From Eggerthellaceae bacterium (GTDB lineage: Bacteria; Actinomycetota; Coriobacteriia; Coriobacteriales; Eggerthellaceae), in contig JALCHN010000005.1 in NCBI GenBank assembly GCA_022644775.1, positions 5,920 through 69,919 of the forward strand: 64,000 bases of DNA. Direction: 5' to 3'. This document shows positions 24,237-33,881 of this stretch, one piece after another. Below the pieces are notes generated by a model. That model searched no databases. It had not been told where the DNA came from and saw only the letters and a program-made list of their open reading frames with translations. Numbering within the stretch: position 1 is the stretch's first letter; every line of letters begins with the position of its first letter. The position numbers and the translations under genes were made by a program.

Positions 24237-24773
24237 TTAGGCGAGCATGCGCTGGCCGCCGTTTTCGTGGCACTGGCTGCAGGTGTCCTGCTGTTCCGCG
24301 TGGCCCTTATGGCACTCGTTGCAGTTCATCTCGCCATGCGGGTTGGCATGCGGGTTGTAAGCGCCCAGGTCTTCGGTCGACTTGGCCAGCTCCTCGTAGC
24401 TGCCGCCATGGCAGTCGAGGCAGACCGAGTTGTCCACGTAGTAGCGGTCGGCTAAGCCCAGATTGTCGGTGTCGCCGGCCAGCTGCGACCGCACTTCGGC
24501 CAGCTGCACGTCGAGCGTGGCCTGGTGGCAGTCGAGGCAGCTCACGTTCGCGGCCTGGTGCAGGTGCGCGACGCCGGGGCCTTCCTCGTAGTTGGTCACA
24601 TGGTCGGACATGGTGTGGCACACGGTGCCGCAGAAACTCGGCTGCTCGTGCCAGTTCCAGAAGCCGATGCCGGCGACCACGATCACAGCGACGATGACGC
24701 CGATGACGATGGGGGCCTTCTTGCGCTTCTTCGTAGGCTCGGTGGCCTTGGGTGCCTGCTGTTCTTCAGCCAT
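24237..24773 (-). CDS. membrane-anchored multihaem cytochrome c (NapC/NirT/NrfH-like; Cgr1-like)
   Basis: 178 aa with an N-terminal TM helix (IVIGVIVAVIVVAGIGFW). It has four CxxCH motifs (CLDCH, CLDCH, CNECH, CSQCH) plus one CGTVCH (Cx3CH). Its start is 3 nt downstream of the reductase stop. Confidence 0.85.
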   Translation of the reverse strand: MAEEQQAPKATEPTKKRKKAPIVIGVIVAVIVVAGIGFWNWHEQPSFCGTVCHTMSDHVTNYEEGPGVAHLHQAANVSCLDCHQATLDVQLAEVRSQLAGDTDNLGLADRYYVDNSVCLDCHGGSYEELAKSTEDLGAYNPHANPHGEMNCNECHKGHAEQQDTCSQCHENGGQRMLA

Positions 24774-24776
24774 TGC

Positions 24777-26540
24777 TTACTCCCCCTTCGCTGCGTGCTG
24801 TCCCGATACGTACCCGAAGGTCACGCAACGGCCCACGCTCGGGCCGAACACGTGGCGCGGATACTCGCCGGCGAAGAAGCCGCCCGAGTTGCCGCCCGCC
24901 GCATAGAGGCCTTCGATCGGCTTGTTATCGTAGTCGAGCACGTGGCAGTAGTAGTCGACGACCAAGCCCGACACCGTCGCCAGGATGCACGACTGGTTGC
25001 GCAGGGCGTAGAAGTGGTCGCCCTCGATCTTGGTTGCCTTGGCCAGGTTCTGACGGTAGAAATCGTCGTCGTGGCCCGAATCGATGAACCCGTTGAAACG
25101 GGCGACCGTGGCCTCGAGCGTGCTCGCGTCGCAGCCCATCTTGTCGGCGAGTTCGGCCAGGGTGTCGGCCTCCACGGCGTAGCCCTTCTCGACGTAGGCG
25201 GGCAGGTTGTCCTTCAGGAGCTGCTGCGCTTCGGGCGCGAGCGCGTTCACCTGAGTGGAACTGCCCAGACGCCAGCACTTCTCTCCACGGTGCCACTGGG
25301 CGTTGGTCGCGTTGGAACGCGCCTGGAAAGGCAGGTCCTCGGCTGCGTAGCGCACGCCGTCCTGGTTGATCATGGGGCCGCCGAGCAGGGGGCGCAGACC
25401 CGAGCTCGCGGGGTAGAAGCCCTCGGGATAGCCGAAGTCGAAGTTCATGATCGCGGCCGGCAAGGGGTCCATCTGTGCGCCGATCTCGATGCCCATGAGC
25501 TCGCCGTCGCCCGTGCCGCCGGAATTCGGCGCCCAGGACGAGCAGTGCTCGATGTCTTCGGTGCGGCACCAAGCCTCGAGCATGGCCGGATTCGATTCGA
25601 AACCGCCCATGGCGAGGATGACGCCCTTGGCGGCGTTCACCCGGAAGTAGCCGTCGGCGTCCTTGGCGATCGCGCCGGTCACGCGGCCGTCGGCGTTGCG
25701 CTCGAGCTTGCAGACCGGCGTGTTGAAGCGCAGGTCGACGTTGGAGCGCTTGTTGAGCGTGTTGGCGAAGTCCTTCACGATCATCATGCCGCCGCCGCCC
25801 GCGTTCTTCGTGGTCTTTTCCGACCACTGCGGGGAGCGGAAGGAGATTTCCGTCTGGGGCACGTCGAAGTGATGGGCCGTTGGGTTGCCGGTCTTGTAGT
25901 AGGTCTCGATCTGCCCGTCGCCCTCGTCGAACTTCTCCTGCATCCAGTCGGCGGCTTCGCCCGACCGGTCGGCCCAGAGCTTGATCGGGTCGATGGGCAG
26001 GCGATAGTCGGCCGCGGCGCGCATGCGGTCCATCATTTCTGCCGGGTCGACGATGTTGCCGGCTTCGGTCATCTTCGTGCCGCCCACGACGCCCATGCCT
26101 TCGAACATGCCGCGTCCCACGTCCATCTTCTCCAGGGCGAGCACGCGGGTCGTGCCGTCATCGGAGGCAGAAAGCGCCGCGCAGGAACCCGTGAGGCCCA
26201 CGCCGCACACGAGCACGTCGGTCTCTTCGGTGCGCTTGATCTCGCTTTCCGGAATGTCGTTGGCCACGTAGGCGACGTTGCCGCGACGGAGCACGCCCGT
26301 TTCCTTCTTCAGCACGGGAATGCCGCGCGTTTCGAACGGGAACACGTCGGTGTAGACGCTCTCGCTGAACTTGCCCACGCCGGCGTTGTTGGCGACAAGA
26401 GCCTCTTCCTTGGCTTCGGCCTTGCCGCAGCCGGTGAGCCCGAAGGCGCCCGTTGCCGCAGCGGCGCTCAGTGCCGCCACGCCGGCGGCCTTCAAGAAGC
26501 CGCGTCGGGTTGGCTCGAGTCGAGATTGGTCCTCGCTCAT
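24777..26540 (-). CDS. TAT-exported FAD-dependent reductase lipoprotein (fumarate reductase/flavocytochrome flavoprotein family; Cgr2-like)
   Basis: 587 aa with a twin-arginine signal (TRRGFLKAAG) and lipobox (LTGC). It has the FAD dinucleotide motif (VLVCGVGLTGSCAAL) and the C-terminal motif LYAAGGNSGG. Confidence 0.85.
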   Translation of the reverse strand: MSEDQSRLEPTRRGFLKAAGVAALSAAAATGAFGLTGCGKAEAKEEALVANNAGVGKFSESVYTDVFPFETRGIPVLKKETGVLRRGNVAYVANDIPESEIKRTEETDVLVCGVGLTGSCAALSASDDGTTRVLALEKMDVGRGMFEGMGVVGGTKMTEAGNIVDPAEMMDRMRAAADYRLPIDPIKLWADRSGEAADWMQEKFDEGDGQIETYYKTGNPTAHHFDVPQTEISFRSPQWSEKTTKNAGGGGMMIVKDFANTLNKRSNVDLRFNTPVCKLERNADGRVTGAIAKDADGYFRVNAAKGVILAMGGFESNPAMLEAWCRTEDIEHCSSWAPNSGGTGDGELMGIEIGAQMDPLPAAIMNFDFGYPEGFYPASSGLRPLLGGPMINQDGVRYAAEDLPFQARSNATNAQWHRGEKCWRLGSSTQVNALAPEAQQLLKDNLPAYVEKGYAVEADTLAELADKMGCDASTLEATVARFNGFIDSGHDDDFYRQNLAKATKIEGDHFYALRNQSCILATVSGLVVDYYCHVLDYDNKPIEGLYAAGGNSGGFFAGEYPRHVFGPSVGRCVTFGYVSGQHAAKGE

Positions 26541-26811
26541 AGCACCATCCTTTCCTCTTGCTGCGCATGCCTGGGAGCCGGCATCTTCCCAGTCCCCTTC
26601 TCATACCGGCCTGCACACGCGCACAAGTGGGAAAGTATATACGCCATCTGTTGTAACTTCTATGCATATTTGCACCCCAAAATGACACAGTTGCGGATAG
26701 ATGTTGCTCTTCACATCTGTTCACTGCATAGAAAACAGGACAAAATGAGCATTTCCGTCCCACCCTGGCAACCTCGATAGCGGGAACTTTCGGGAATATG
26801 GCGTAAAAACG

Positions 26812-26845
26812 AAAAAGGGCGAGCACTCAAACGAGCGCTCGCCCT
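26812..26845 (-). terminator. rho-independent terminator of ssrA
   Basis: On the minus strand the stem agggcgagc / gctcgccct is followed by TTTTT, directly after the tmRNA 3' end. Confidence 0.75.
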
Positions 26846-26854
26846 ATTTTCTTA

Positions 26855-27232
26855 TGGTGGAGGCGCGGAGAATCGAACTCCGGTCCATACTAAGCAATCC
26901 CCCAGGCTCTACAAGCTTATGCGGCGGAAAGATCTCGACTGCGCGGTACCCGTCGCCGTGCGGCGCGCAGCCCAACCGGTTCCGTCTTAGCCCAAGCCAT
27001 ACCGATTACGTGCTTGGGAGCACCTTCCTGAAATGACACCGCAGCAAAGCCGGAAAGTGAACTCTGCGTTGGCGCGCCAGCTTTAAATTAAGCGGCGAGT
27101 GCGTACTGCTGAGCAGGACGCACGAAAGAAATCTTTTTGCCAATTAAATTGACGGTACCCCTGTTTTACGTGGCGAGGAGACCACGACCTGCTCCTCGGT
27201 TCAAACCTACCATGTCGAAACCAGTCGCCCCC
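26855..27232 (-). ncRNA. ssrA: tmRNA (SsrA)
   Basis: The minus-strand 5' end is GGGGGCGACTGGTTTCGAC. The 3' end is the tRNA-Ala-like CGGAGTTCGATTCTCCGCGCCTCCACCA. An internal tag reading frame ends ...CCT GCT CAG CAG TAC GCA CTC GCC GCT TAA (PAQQYALAA-stop). The resume codon is not determined. Confidence 0.9.
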
Positions 27233-27473
27233 GTTCATGCGGCGTGCCGCCGCGCACAGGGAGCCGAAAGGCCCCACCTTTTCAAAGTGCCGAACAATTG
27301 TACGACGCCGGGGCGCCAGGCGCAAGGCCGCCGCAAAAGCCGCGCACGTCGCAAGAGGGACGCACACCGCACGCGACCGACGCAGAGGCTCGCTCGCAAT
27401 CGCGCACGGGAGGCGCCGGGCCTGCGCGCAGGGCGGTTGCGCTACACGCAGGCACCACGCGCGAACCCGCCGC

Positions 27474-29039
27474 CTAGTCGTCGTTGAGCATCTCGTCGAC
27501 CTGGTGCGAGAGCTTGGCGTCTTCGGCCAGCGACCCGCGAGACCCGTCGGCCGCCAGCTCTTCGGCCGTTTCATGCCAGCATTCGGTGGCCGGCAGCCCC
27601 GGAATCGACGAGCTCAGGAACACGGGGTTCTTCCCCTGGGCCCGCTGCTCCTCGTAATCCTTGAGCGCCTTCACGGCCCAACCGCCCAGCGCGAACAGGG
27701 CGAGCAGGTTCACGAAAGCCTGGAAGCCCATGAAGATGTCGGCGCAGTTCCACACCAGGTCGAAACCGGCCTGCGCGCCCCAGAAGACCACGATCACGCA
27801 GAAGATGCGGAAGACGAAGATGACCCACTTGTCGTTCTTGATGAAGCGGATGTTCGATTCGGCGTAATAGTAGTTGCCGATCAGGCTCGACAGGGCGAAG
27901 AGGAAGATCGAGAAGGTGATGAAGTTCACGCCGAAATCGCCCAGCGAGAACCGCAGGGCCTCTTGCACGAGCGGCATGCCGGTGAGGAGGGCGCCCGTCT
28001 GCGGGTTCACGAAAGACGTGATGCTGGTGACCGGGTCGGTGACGGTCTCGAGCCCCGAGCCCACGTAGAAGACCATGATCATCATGCCCGTGCAGGTGCA
28101 GATGATCATGGTGTCGATGAAGACCGAAAGGGTCTGCACCAGGCCCTGCTTGACCGGGTGCGACACCGAAGCGGCGGCCGCGGCATTGGGTGCCGAGCCC
28201 ATGCCGGCTTCGTTGGAATAGAGGCCGCGCTTGATGCCCCAGGACACCACCGAACCGGCAAACCCGCCCGCGAACGACCGGAAATCGAAGGCGCTCGTGA
28301 AGATCATCGCGAAGGCGTCGGGCAGAAGGTTGGCGTGGGTGAAGGTGATGAAGAGGGCGATGATCAGATACGACCCCGCCATCACCGGCACGATGATCGA
28401 CGTGAGGAAGCTGATGCGGCTCCCGCCGCCGAAGACGCACATGGCCATGAAGGCCGCGAAGAGCAGGGCCACGCCCACGACCGCCTGGCTGTTGAAGTAG
28501 TCGGGCATGTAGACTTCGAGCGTCGAGGAGGCGTTGTAGGCCTGCAGGGCGTTGAAGCCGAAGGCGAAGCAAAGGATGAGCGTGACCGCGAACACCACGC
28601 CCAGGCCCCGCTTGCCCAGGCCCTGTTGAATATAGTAGGCCGGGCCGCCGCGGAAGCTGCCGTCGGGGTTCTTGACCTTCCAGATTTGCGCGAGGGTGGA
28701 TTCCACGAACGCCGATGCCGCGCCCACCGTGGCCATGGCCCACATCCAGAACAGGGCGCCCGGGCCGCCGGCCGCGATGGCAGTCGACACGCCGGCGATG
28801 TTGCCGGTGCCCACGCGGCTCGCCGTCGAAATCATGAGCGCCTGGAAGGAAGAAGCGGTGCTCTTCCCCTCGTTGTACTTCTGTTCGGTAACCGATTTCA
28901 CCATGTCCTTGAACAGGCGCACCTGCACCCCGCGCGTGCGCACGGTAAACAGCACGCCCGAAATCACCAGCAAGGCGATCAGGATGTAGGTGTACATGAA
29001 GGTATCGATGTCGCCGGTTAGGGCGATGAGCTCTTCCAT
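27474..29039 (-). CDS. alanine/glycine:cation symporter (AGCS family)
   Basis: Carries the AGCS signature STASRVGTGNIAGVSTAIAAGGPGALFWMW and multiple TM helices. The start is set to the ATG at 29039 (MEELIALTG); the track ORF extends to 29117. Confidence 0.85.
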   Translation of the reverse strand: MEELIALTGDIDTFMYTYILIALLVISGVLFTVRTRGVQVRLFKDMVKSVTEQKYNEGKSTASSFQALMISTASRVGTGNIAGVSTAIAAGGPGALFWMWAMATVGAASAFVESTLAQIWKVKNPDGSFRGGPAYYIQQGLGKRGLGVVFAVTLILCFAFGFNALQAYNASSTLEVYMPDYFNSQAVVGVALLFAAFMAMCVFGGGSRISFLTSIIVPVMAGSYLIIALFITFTHANLLPDAFAMIFTSAFDFRSFAGGFAGSVVSWGIKRGLYSNEAGMGSAPNAAAAASVSHPVKQGLVQTLSVFIDTMIICTCTGMMIMVFYVGSGLETVTDPVTSITSFVNPQTGALLTGMPLVQEALRFSLGDFGVNFITFSIFLFALSSLIGNYYYAESNIRFIKNDKWVIFVFRIFCVIVVFWGAQAGFDLVWNCADIFMGFQAFVNLLALFALGGWAVKALKDYEEQRAQGKNPVFLSSSIPGLPATECWHETAEELAADGSRGSLAEDAKLSHQVDEMLNDD

Positions 29040-29257
29040 TTGTCCCCAATCGATTGGTTTACATATTCTTAACAGAATATCAGACATTCGGAAAAAATCT
29101 GTACGGATGTGCTGCAAACCAGCGGGTCTGCCGAAGACGAGGCGAGGGAATTCCCGATTGACAGGAGACGCACCTATAATTAGGCTGCTCTAACTGATGA
29201 GAGATGCGCTCCCAGCGCGCGAATCATACGCAGGGAGCCCGACGAAAGGATCGAACG

Positions 29258-29680
29258 ATGAAGCATGTAGCGGTAGTGTTCTGGAGCGGCACGGGCAACA
29301 CCGAAGCCATGGCCGACCTGGTGGCCCAAGGGGCGCGCGACGCCGGCGCCGAAGTCGAAGTCTTTCCGGTAGCCGACTTCGACGAATCACAGATAGCCGC
29401 ATTCGACGCGGTGGCCTTCGGCTGCCCGGCCATGGGCAACGAAGAGCTCGAAGAGCTGGAATTCGAGCCGGTTTACGAGGCTTGCGAAGCCGTGCTCGGC
29501 GAAACGCCCGTGGCCCTGTTCGGCTCGTTCGACTGGAACGATGGCGAATGGATGGAAAACTGGGAGAGCCGCGCCCACGATGCGGGCCTTAACGTTGTGG
29601 GCACCGCGATCTCCCGCGACTACCCCGACGATGAAGCCGAAACCGCTTGCAAGGAGCTCGGCAGCGCGCTCGCCGCGTAA
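29258..29680 (+). CDS. short-chain flavodoxin
   Basis: Begins MKHVAVVFWSGTGNTEAMA (FMN phosphate-binding loop), 140 aa. The ATG at 29258 follows GAAAGGA; the track ORF starts at 29204. Confidence 0.85.
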   Translation: MKHVAVVFWSGTGNTEAMADLVAQGARDAGAEVEVFPVADFDESQIAAFDAVAFGCPAMGNEELEELEFEPVYEACEAVLGETPVALFGSFDWNDGEWMENWESRAHDAGLNVVGTAISRDYPDDEAETACKELGSALAA

Positions 29681-29832
29681 GAGGCGCTCACGCGCAGCGG
29701 ACGCTCCCGCCGGCGAGCGACGCCCCGGCGCAGCGCTCCGGCCGCCTGTTCGCAGGCAGGCCCCGCCGCAGCCGCTCGTCCGCACCGCCGGCAGGCCACA
29801 GCGTCCGCCCGCACCACTTCCCCGTCGATACA

Positions 29833-29868
29833 GAAAGGGCCGCAAGCGCGAAGCTTGCGGCCCTTTTC
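29833..29868. terminator. bidirectional rho-independent terminator
   Basis: The stem gggccgcaagc / gcttgcggccc is flanked by an A-run and a T-run. It lies between the flavodoxin (+) and ppdK (-). Confidence 0.8.
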
Positions 29869-29888
29869 CTCTGCGCTGAGACGAGCGG

Positions 29889-32603
29889 CTATTTGGCAAG
29901 CGCCGCCTGAGCGGCGGCCAGACGAGCCAGCGGCACGCGGTAAGGCGAGCAGCTCACGTAGTCGGGGCCGATCTTGGCGAACTTCATGATGGACTCGGGG
30001 TCGCCACCATGCTCGCCACAGACGCCGCACACCAGCTCGGGGTTGGCGGCCTTGCCCTTCTCGCAGCCCATCTTCACCAGTTCGGCCACGCCGTCGTCGA
30101 CGGTCGCGAACGGGTTGCGCTTGAGCAGGTGCTGCTCAAGGTAGGCCGGCAGGAACTTGGCTTCGGCGTCGTCGCGCGAGAAGCCCAGGGTGGTCTGCGT
30201 GAGGTCGTTGGTGCCGAAGGAGAAGAAGTCGGCATGCTGGGCGATCTTATCGGCGATCACAGCGGCACGCGGCAGCTCGATCATGGTGCCAATCTTGATG
30301 TTGAGCTCGACGCCCTCTTCCTTGGCCACTTCGGCGACGACTTCTTCGGCCGTGGCGCGCAGGGTTTCGATTTCGCTTTCGAAGGCGACCAGCGGGATCA
30401 TGATTTCCGGCTGGGGGTTGAGACCCTGCTTCTTCAATTCGGCAGCGGCACCGGCGATGGCGCGCACCTGCATCTTGGGAAGCTGCGGGAACACGATCGA
30501 CAGGCGGCAGCCGCGCAGGCCGAGCATGGGGTTGGCTTCGGACCAGGAGTCGACCTGTTCCATGAGGTGACGCTTAGCGGCGATCTCGTCGGCCGGGGCG
30601 CCCTGCTCTTCCATGTGGGCGATTTCCACATCGAGCGTACGGGGGCTTTCCAAGAACTCGTGCAGCGGCGGGTCGAGCAGGCGGACGATGACGGGCAGGC
30701 CGTCCATGGCCTTGAACATGCCCAGGAAGTCGCCCTTCTGCAGTTCGCCCAGCTGGGCCACGCAGTCGGCGCGGATTTCCTCGTCGTCGTTCAGGATGAA
30801 CTTCTGAATGATCTGCTTGCGGTCGCCCAGGAACATGTGCTCGGTACGGCACAGGCCGATGCCTTCAGCGCCGAAGTCGCGCGCGAGCTGCGCGTCTTCG
30901 GGGTTGTCGGCGTTGGCGCGCACGCCGAGCTCGCGGATGTCGTCGGCCCAGGACAGAATAGTATCGAGGTCGCCGGTAAGCTCGGGCAGGACCAGGTCGA
31001 CGGCACCGAGGACCACGTCGCCGGTGGAGCCGTCGAGCGAGATCATGTCGCCTTCGTGGAGCACAACGTCGGTGCCGGCCACGATGACTTCCTTCTTGTC
31101 GGCATCGATGTGCAAGGCGTCGGCGCCGCAGACGCAGGGCGCGCCCATGCCGCGGGCGATAACGGCCGCGTGGCTCGTCTTGCCGCCATGGCTGGTAAGG
31201 ATGCCTTCGGCGGCGATCATGCCAGCAAGGTCGTCGGGCGTGGTCTCCCAGCGCACGAGCACGGTCTTGCGGCCTTCTTCAGCGGCCTTGACGGCGGCTT
31301 CGGAAGAGAACACGACTTCGCCCACCGCGGCGCCCGGGGAGGCGTTGAGACCCTTGCAGAGCACGTCGTAGCTGGCGTTCTTGTCGAACTGCGGATGCAG
31401 GAGCTGGTCGAGCTGTTCGGGCTCGACGCGCTGGACGGCCGTCTTCTTGTCGATGAGGCCTTCCTTTTCCATGTCGATCGCGATGTGGAGCGCGGCCTGG
31501 GCGGTGCGCTTGCCCACGCGGGTCTGCAGCATGTAGAGCTTGCCCTGCATGATCGTGAACTCGATGTCCATCATGTCATGGAAGTGGTTTTCCAGGATTA
31601 CGAAGACCTCTTCGAGTTCCTTGCCGGCCTCTTCCAGGCCGGGGGTGTGCTTGAGGTCGGCGATGGGGCTCGTGTTGCGGATGCCCGCCACGACGTCTTC
31701 GCCCTGGGCGTTGACCAGGTAGTCGCCGTAGAATTCCTTGTCGCCGTTGGCGGGGTTGCGGGTGAAGGCGACGCCGGTGGCCGACGTGTCGCCCATGTTG
31801 CCGAAGACCATGGTCTGGACGTTGACGGCCGTGCCCATGTTGTCGTCGATCTTGTTGCGCTTGCGGTAGAGGACGGCGCGGGGGTTGTCCCAGCTGCCGA
31901 ACACGGCCTCGATGGCCAGCTTGAGCTGGATCATCGGGTCCTGCGGGAAGACGGCCACGCCTTCGCGGGCGAGGTCGGGGTACTGTTCGGGGTCGACGTT
32001 TTCAGAGAAGATGCGCTTGAACTCTTCGACGAGCTCCTGCAGGTCCTGGGCGGTGAGGTCGGTGTCGTCCTTCACGCCGCGCTGGGCCTTCTTGACGTTG
32101 ATGGCGTTTTCGAACAGATCGCCGTCGAGGCCCATGACCACGTTCGAGAACATCTGGATGAATCGACGGTAGGAGTCCCAGCCGAAACGGGGGTTCTGCG
32201 TTTGCGCGATGAGCCCGTGGATGGAATCGTCGTTCAGGCCGAGGTTGAGGACCGTGTCCATCATGCCCGGCATTGAAATGGGGGCGCCGGAACGCACGGA
32301 AACGAGCAGCGGGTCCTTGGGGTCGCCGATCTTCTTGCCGACGCGCTGTTCCAGATCTTCACGGTATTCGTGGATGGTGTCGAGCACGCCTTCGGGCCAC
32401 ACGTTGCCGGCATTCGCGTATTCCATGCAGGTCTGGCAGGAAATGGTGAATCCCGGAGGGACCGGAAGGCCGATGTTGGCCATTTCGGCCAGGTTCGCAC
32501 CCTTGCCGCCCAGGACGGGCTTCATGTTGGTGTTGCCCTCCGTCACGTTGTTGCCATTCGCATCCTTGCCGAATGCGAACACGCGCTTCACTTCTTCAGT
32601 CAC
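29889..32603 (-). CDS. ppdK: pyruvate, phosphate dikinase
   Basis: 904 aa with full-length PPDK features (GGKGANLAEM, the catalytic-His region GGKTSHAAVIARG, the PEP/pyruvate domain). Confidence 0.95.
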   Translation of the reverse strand: MTEEVKRVFAFGKDANGNNVTEGNTNMKPVLGGKGANLAEMANIGLPVPPGFTISCQTCMEYANAGNVWPEGVLDTIHEYREDLEQRVGKKIGDPKDPLLVSVRSGAPISMPGMMDTVLNLGLNDDSIHGLIAQTQNPRFGWDSYRRFIQMFSNVVMGLDGDLFENAINVKKAQRGVKDDTDLTAQDLQELVEEFKRIFSENVDPEQYPDLAREGVAVFPQDPMIQLKLAIEAVFGSWDNPRAVLYRKRNKIDDNMGTAVNVQTMVFGNMGDTSATGVAFTRNPANGDKEFYGDYLVNAQGEDVVAGIRNTSPIADLKHTPGLEEAGKELEEVFVILENHFHDMMDIEFTIMQGKLYMLQTRVGKRTAQAALHIAIDMEKEGLIDKKTAVQRVEPEQLDQLLHPQFDKNASYDVLCKGLNASPGAAVGEVVFSSEAAVKAAEEGRKTVLVRWETTPDDLAGMIAAEGILTSHGGKTSHAAVIARGMGAPCVCGADALHIDADKKEVIVAGTDVVLHEGDMISLDGSTGDVVLGAVDLVLPELTGDLDTILSWADDIRELGVRANADNPEDAQLARDFGAEGIGLCRTEHMFLGDRKQIIQKFILNDDEEIRADCVAQLGELQKGDFLGMFKAMDGLPVIVRLLDPPLHEFLESPRTLDVEIAHMEEQGAPADEIAAKRHLMEQVDSWSEANPMLGLRGCRLSIVFPQLPKMQVRAIAGAAAELKKQGLNPQPEIMIPLVAFESEIETLRATAEEVVAEVAKEEGVELNIKIGTMIELPRAAVIADKIAQHADFFSFGTNDLTQTTLGFSRDDAEAKFLPAYLEQHLLKRNPFATVDDGVAELVKMGCEKGKAANPELVCGVCGEHGGDPESIMKFAKIGPDYVSCSPYRVPLARLAAAQAALAK

Positions 32604-32649
32604 TGTTACTCCTTATTCGCGACTTTGTTCAAAATCTTTGGGTAAAGAT

Positions 32650-33540
32650 TTATCCACGACGGCCGGATGAGGCCTTTCGTGGGTGAGCCATTTCATAATA
32701 ACGCAAGATCTGCTGGGCCGTTTCTTCAACGGCTCGGTTCTCGGTGTGCACTACTATGCAGCCAAGCTTGCGCATGAGGGCGCGGGATTTCTCCAGGTCT
32801 TCCTCGATTTTTTCGGGATCGGCGTAGTCGGAGGCCACTCCGATCGCGTTTCCCAGGCGCCGTTTGCGAATTGGGCGGAGGACGTCGACGGTCGTCATGA
32901 GGCCGAAAAGGCGGGTTGTGTCGACTTGGAAGATTTCTTTAGGCGGTGCGGATTGCGGGTCAAGCGGCACGTTCGACACCCGATAGCCCTCCTGAGCGAG
33001 GTAGATCGAGGTGGGCGTTTTGCCGCAGCGGGACACGCCGAGCAGGACGATGTCGGACTTGGGAAGGTCCTGCGGGTTGCGGCCGTCGTCGTGGGCGATC
33101 GTCCATTCCATAGCCTCGATGCGGTGGAAGTAGCGCTCGTTGACGATGTGCTGTTCGCCCGGCACGTCCATGGGGATCATGCCCGACACCTGCGCGATGG
33201 CGTCGACCGCCTTGGTGAGCAGGTCGACCGCGTAGATCATAGGATGCTCTACCAGAAAATCGTGAAGCCGGGTTTTGATATCGTCGTCGATGATCGTGTA
33301 AAAGACGACGATGCGGGGGTCGCCGAAGACCATTTCATGGGTTTCGAGCTGTTCGAGCAGGAATTTCTCGACCATTTGGAAATTCCGCACGTTGGAGAGC
33401 AGCTCGATGTTGGGGTCGGCCTCGCCGAACTGGCTCGCGGCCGCGCGGGCGATCGCCGACGCCGTGGCCCCCATCGAATCGCTGATCACGTGGATCGTGG
33501 GGATCGAGGTATCGTTCTCGCGTAGGGTGAGCGCGTCCAT
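32650..33540 (-). CDS. pyruvate, phosphate dikinase regulatory protein (bifunctional kinase/pyrophosphorylase, DUF299)
   Basis: Starts at the ATG at 33540 (MDALTLREND..IHVISDSMGATA) and has the P-loop GVSRCGKTP. It lies adjacent to ppdK. The N-terminal part of the track ORF was discarded. Confidence 0.85.
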   Translation of the reverse strand: MDALTLRENDTSIPTIHVISDSMGATASAIARAAASQFGEADPNIELLSNVRNFQMVEKFLLEQLETHEMVFGDPRIVVFYTIIDDDIKTRLHDFLVEHPMIYAVDLLTKAVDAIAQVSGMIPMDVPGEQHIVNERYFHRIEAMEWTIAHDDGRNPQDLPKSDIVLLGVSRCGKTPTSIYLAQEGYRVSNVPLDPQSAPPKEIFQVDTTRLFGLMTTVDVLRPIRKRRLGNAIGVASDYADPEKIEEDLEKSRALMRKLGCIVVHTENRAVEETAQQILRYYEMAHPRKASSGRRG

Positions 33541-33881
33541 ACTCTTCCTCTCTCTTCTCTGACGTCCCCACCATGATACCCCGCAGGTCGTTGCCGCGGG
33601 CGGACTGGCAAGAAAGCGGGACGGCTGAAAGAGGGACGGGGCCGTGGCGTCCGCCGTTAACGCGCCTTTCGCAATGGAAAAGTCGATATTCCCGCATGGA
33701 AGGCGAGAAGGGCGCGTTACGGATTTCGGTAACGCACCTTTCTCGGAAGAATCGGCGGAATCGGGGGCTTCTGAGTGCGAAAGGCGCGTTATCGGGCCAG
33801 CGTTCCGTGCGCGCGCCATCCCCTACAAAAAGGGCCGGCAGCTTGGCTGCCGGCCCTGACGAAAGCAGAACGCGCGAACGG

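Noticed and set aside
26541-26810. An AT-richer region upstream of the FAD reductase, considered as a possible riboswitch or ncRNA.
   Set aside because: I recognise no conserved riboswitch core or stable structured motif. It most simply holds the promoter and 5' UTR of the reductase operon.
27083-27574. A 163-aa minus-strand ORF overlapping the tmRNA.
   Set aside because: It runs through the ssrA gene, whose tRNA-like ends and ALAA tag frame are clear, so it is not a protein gene.
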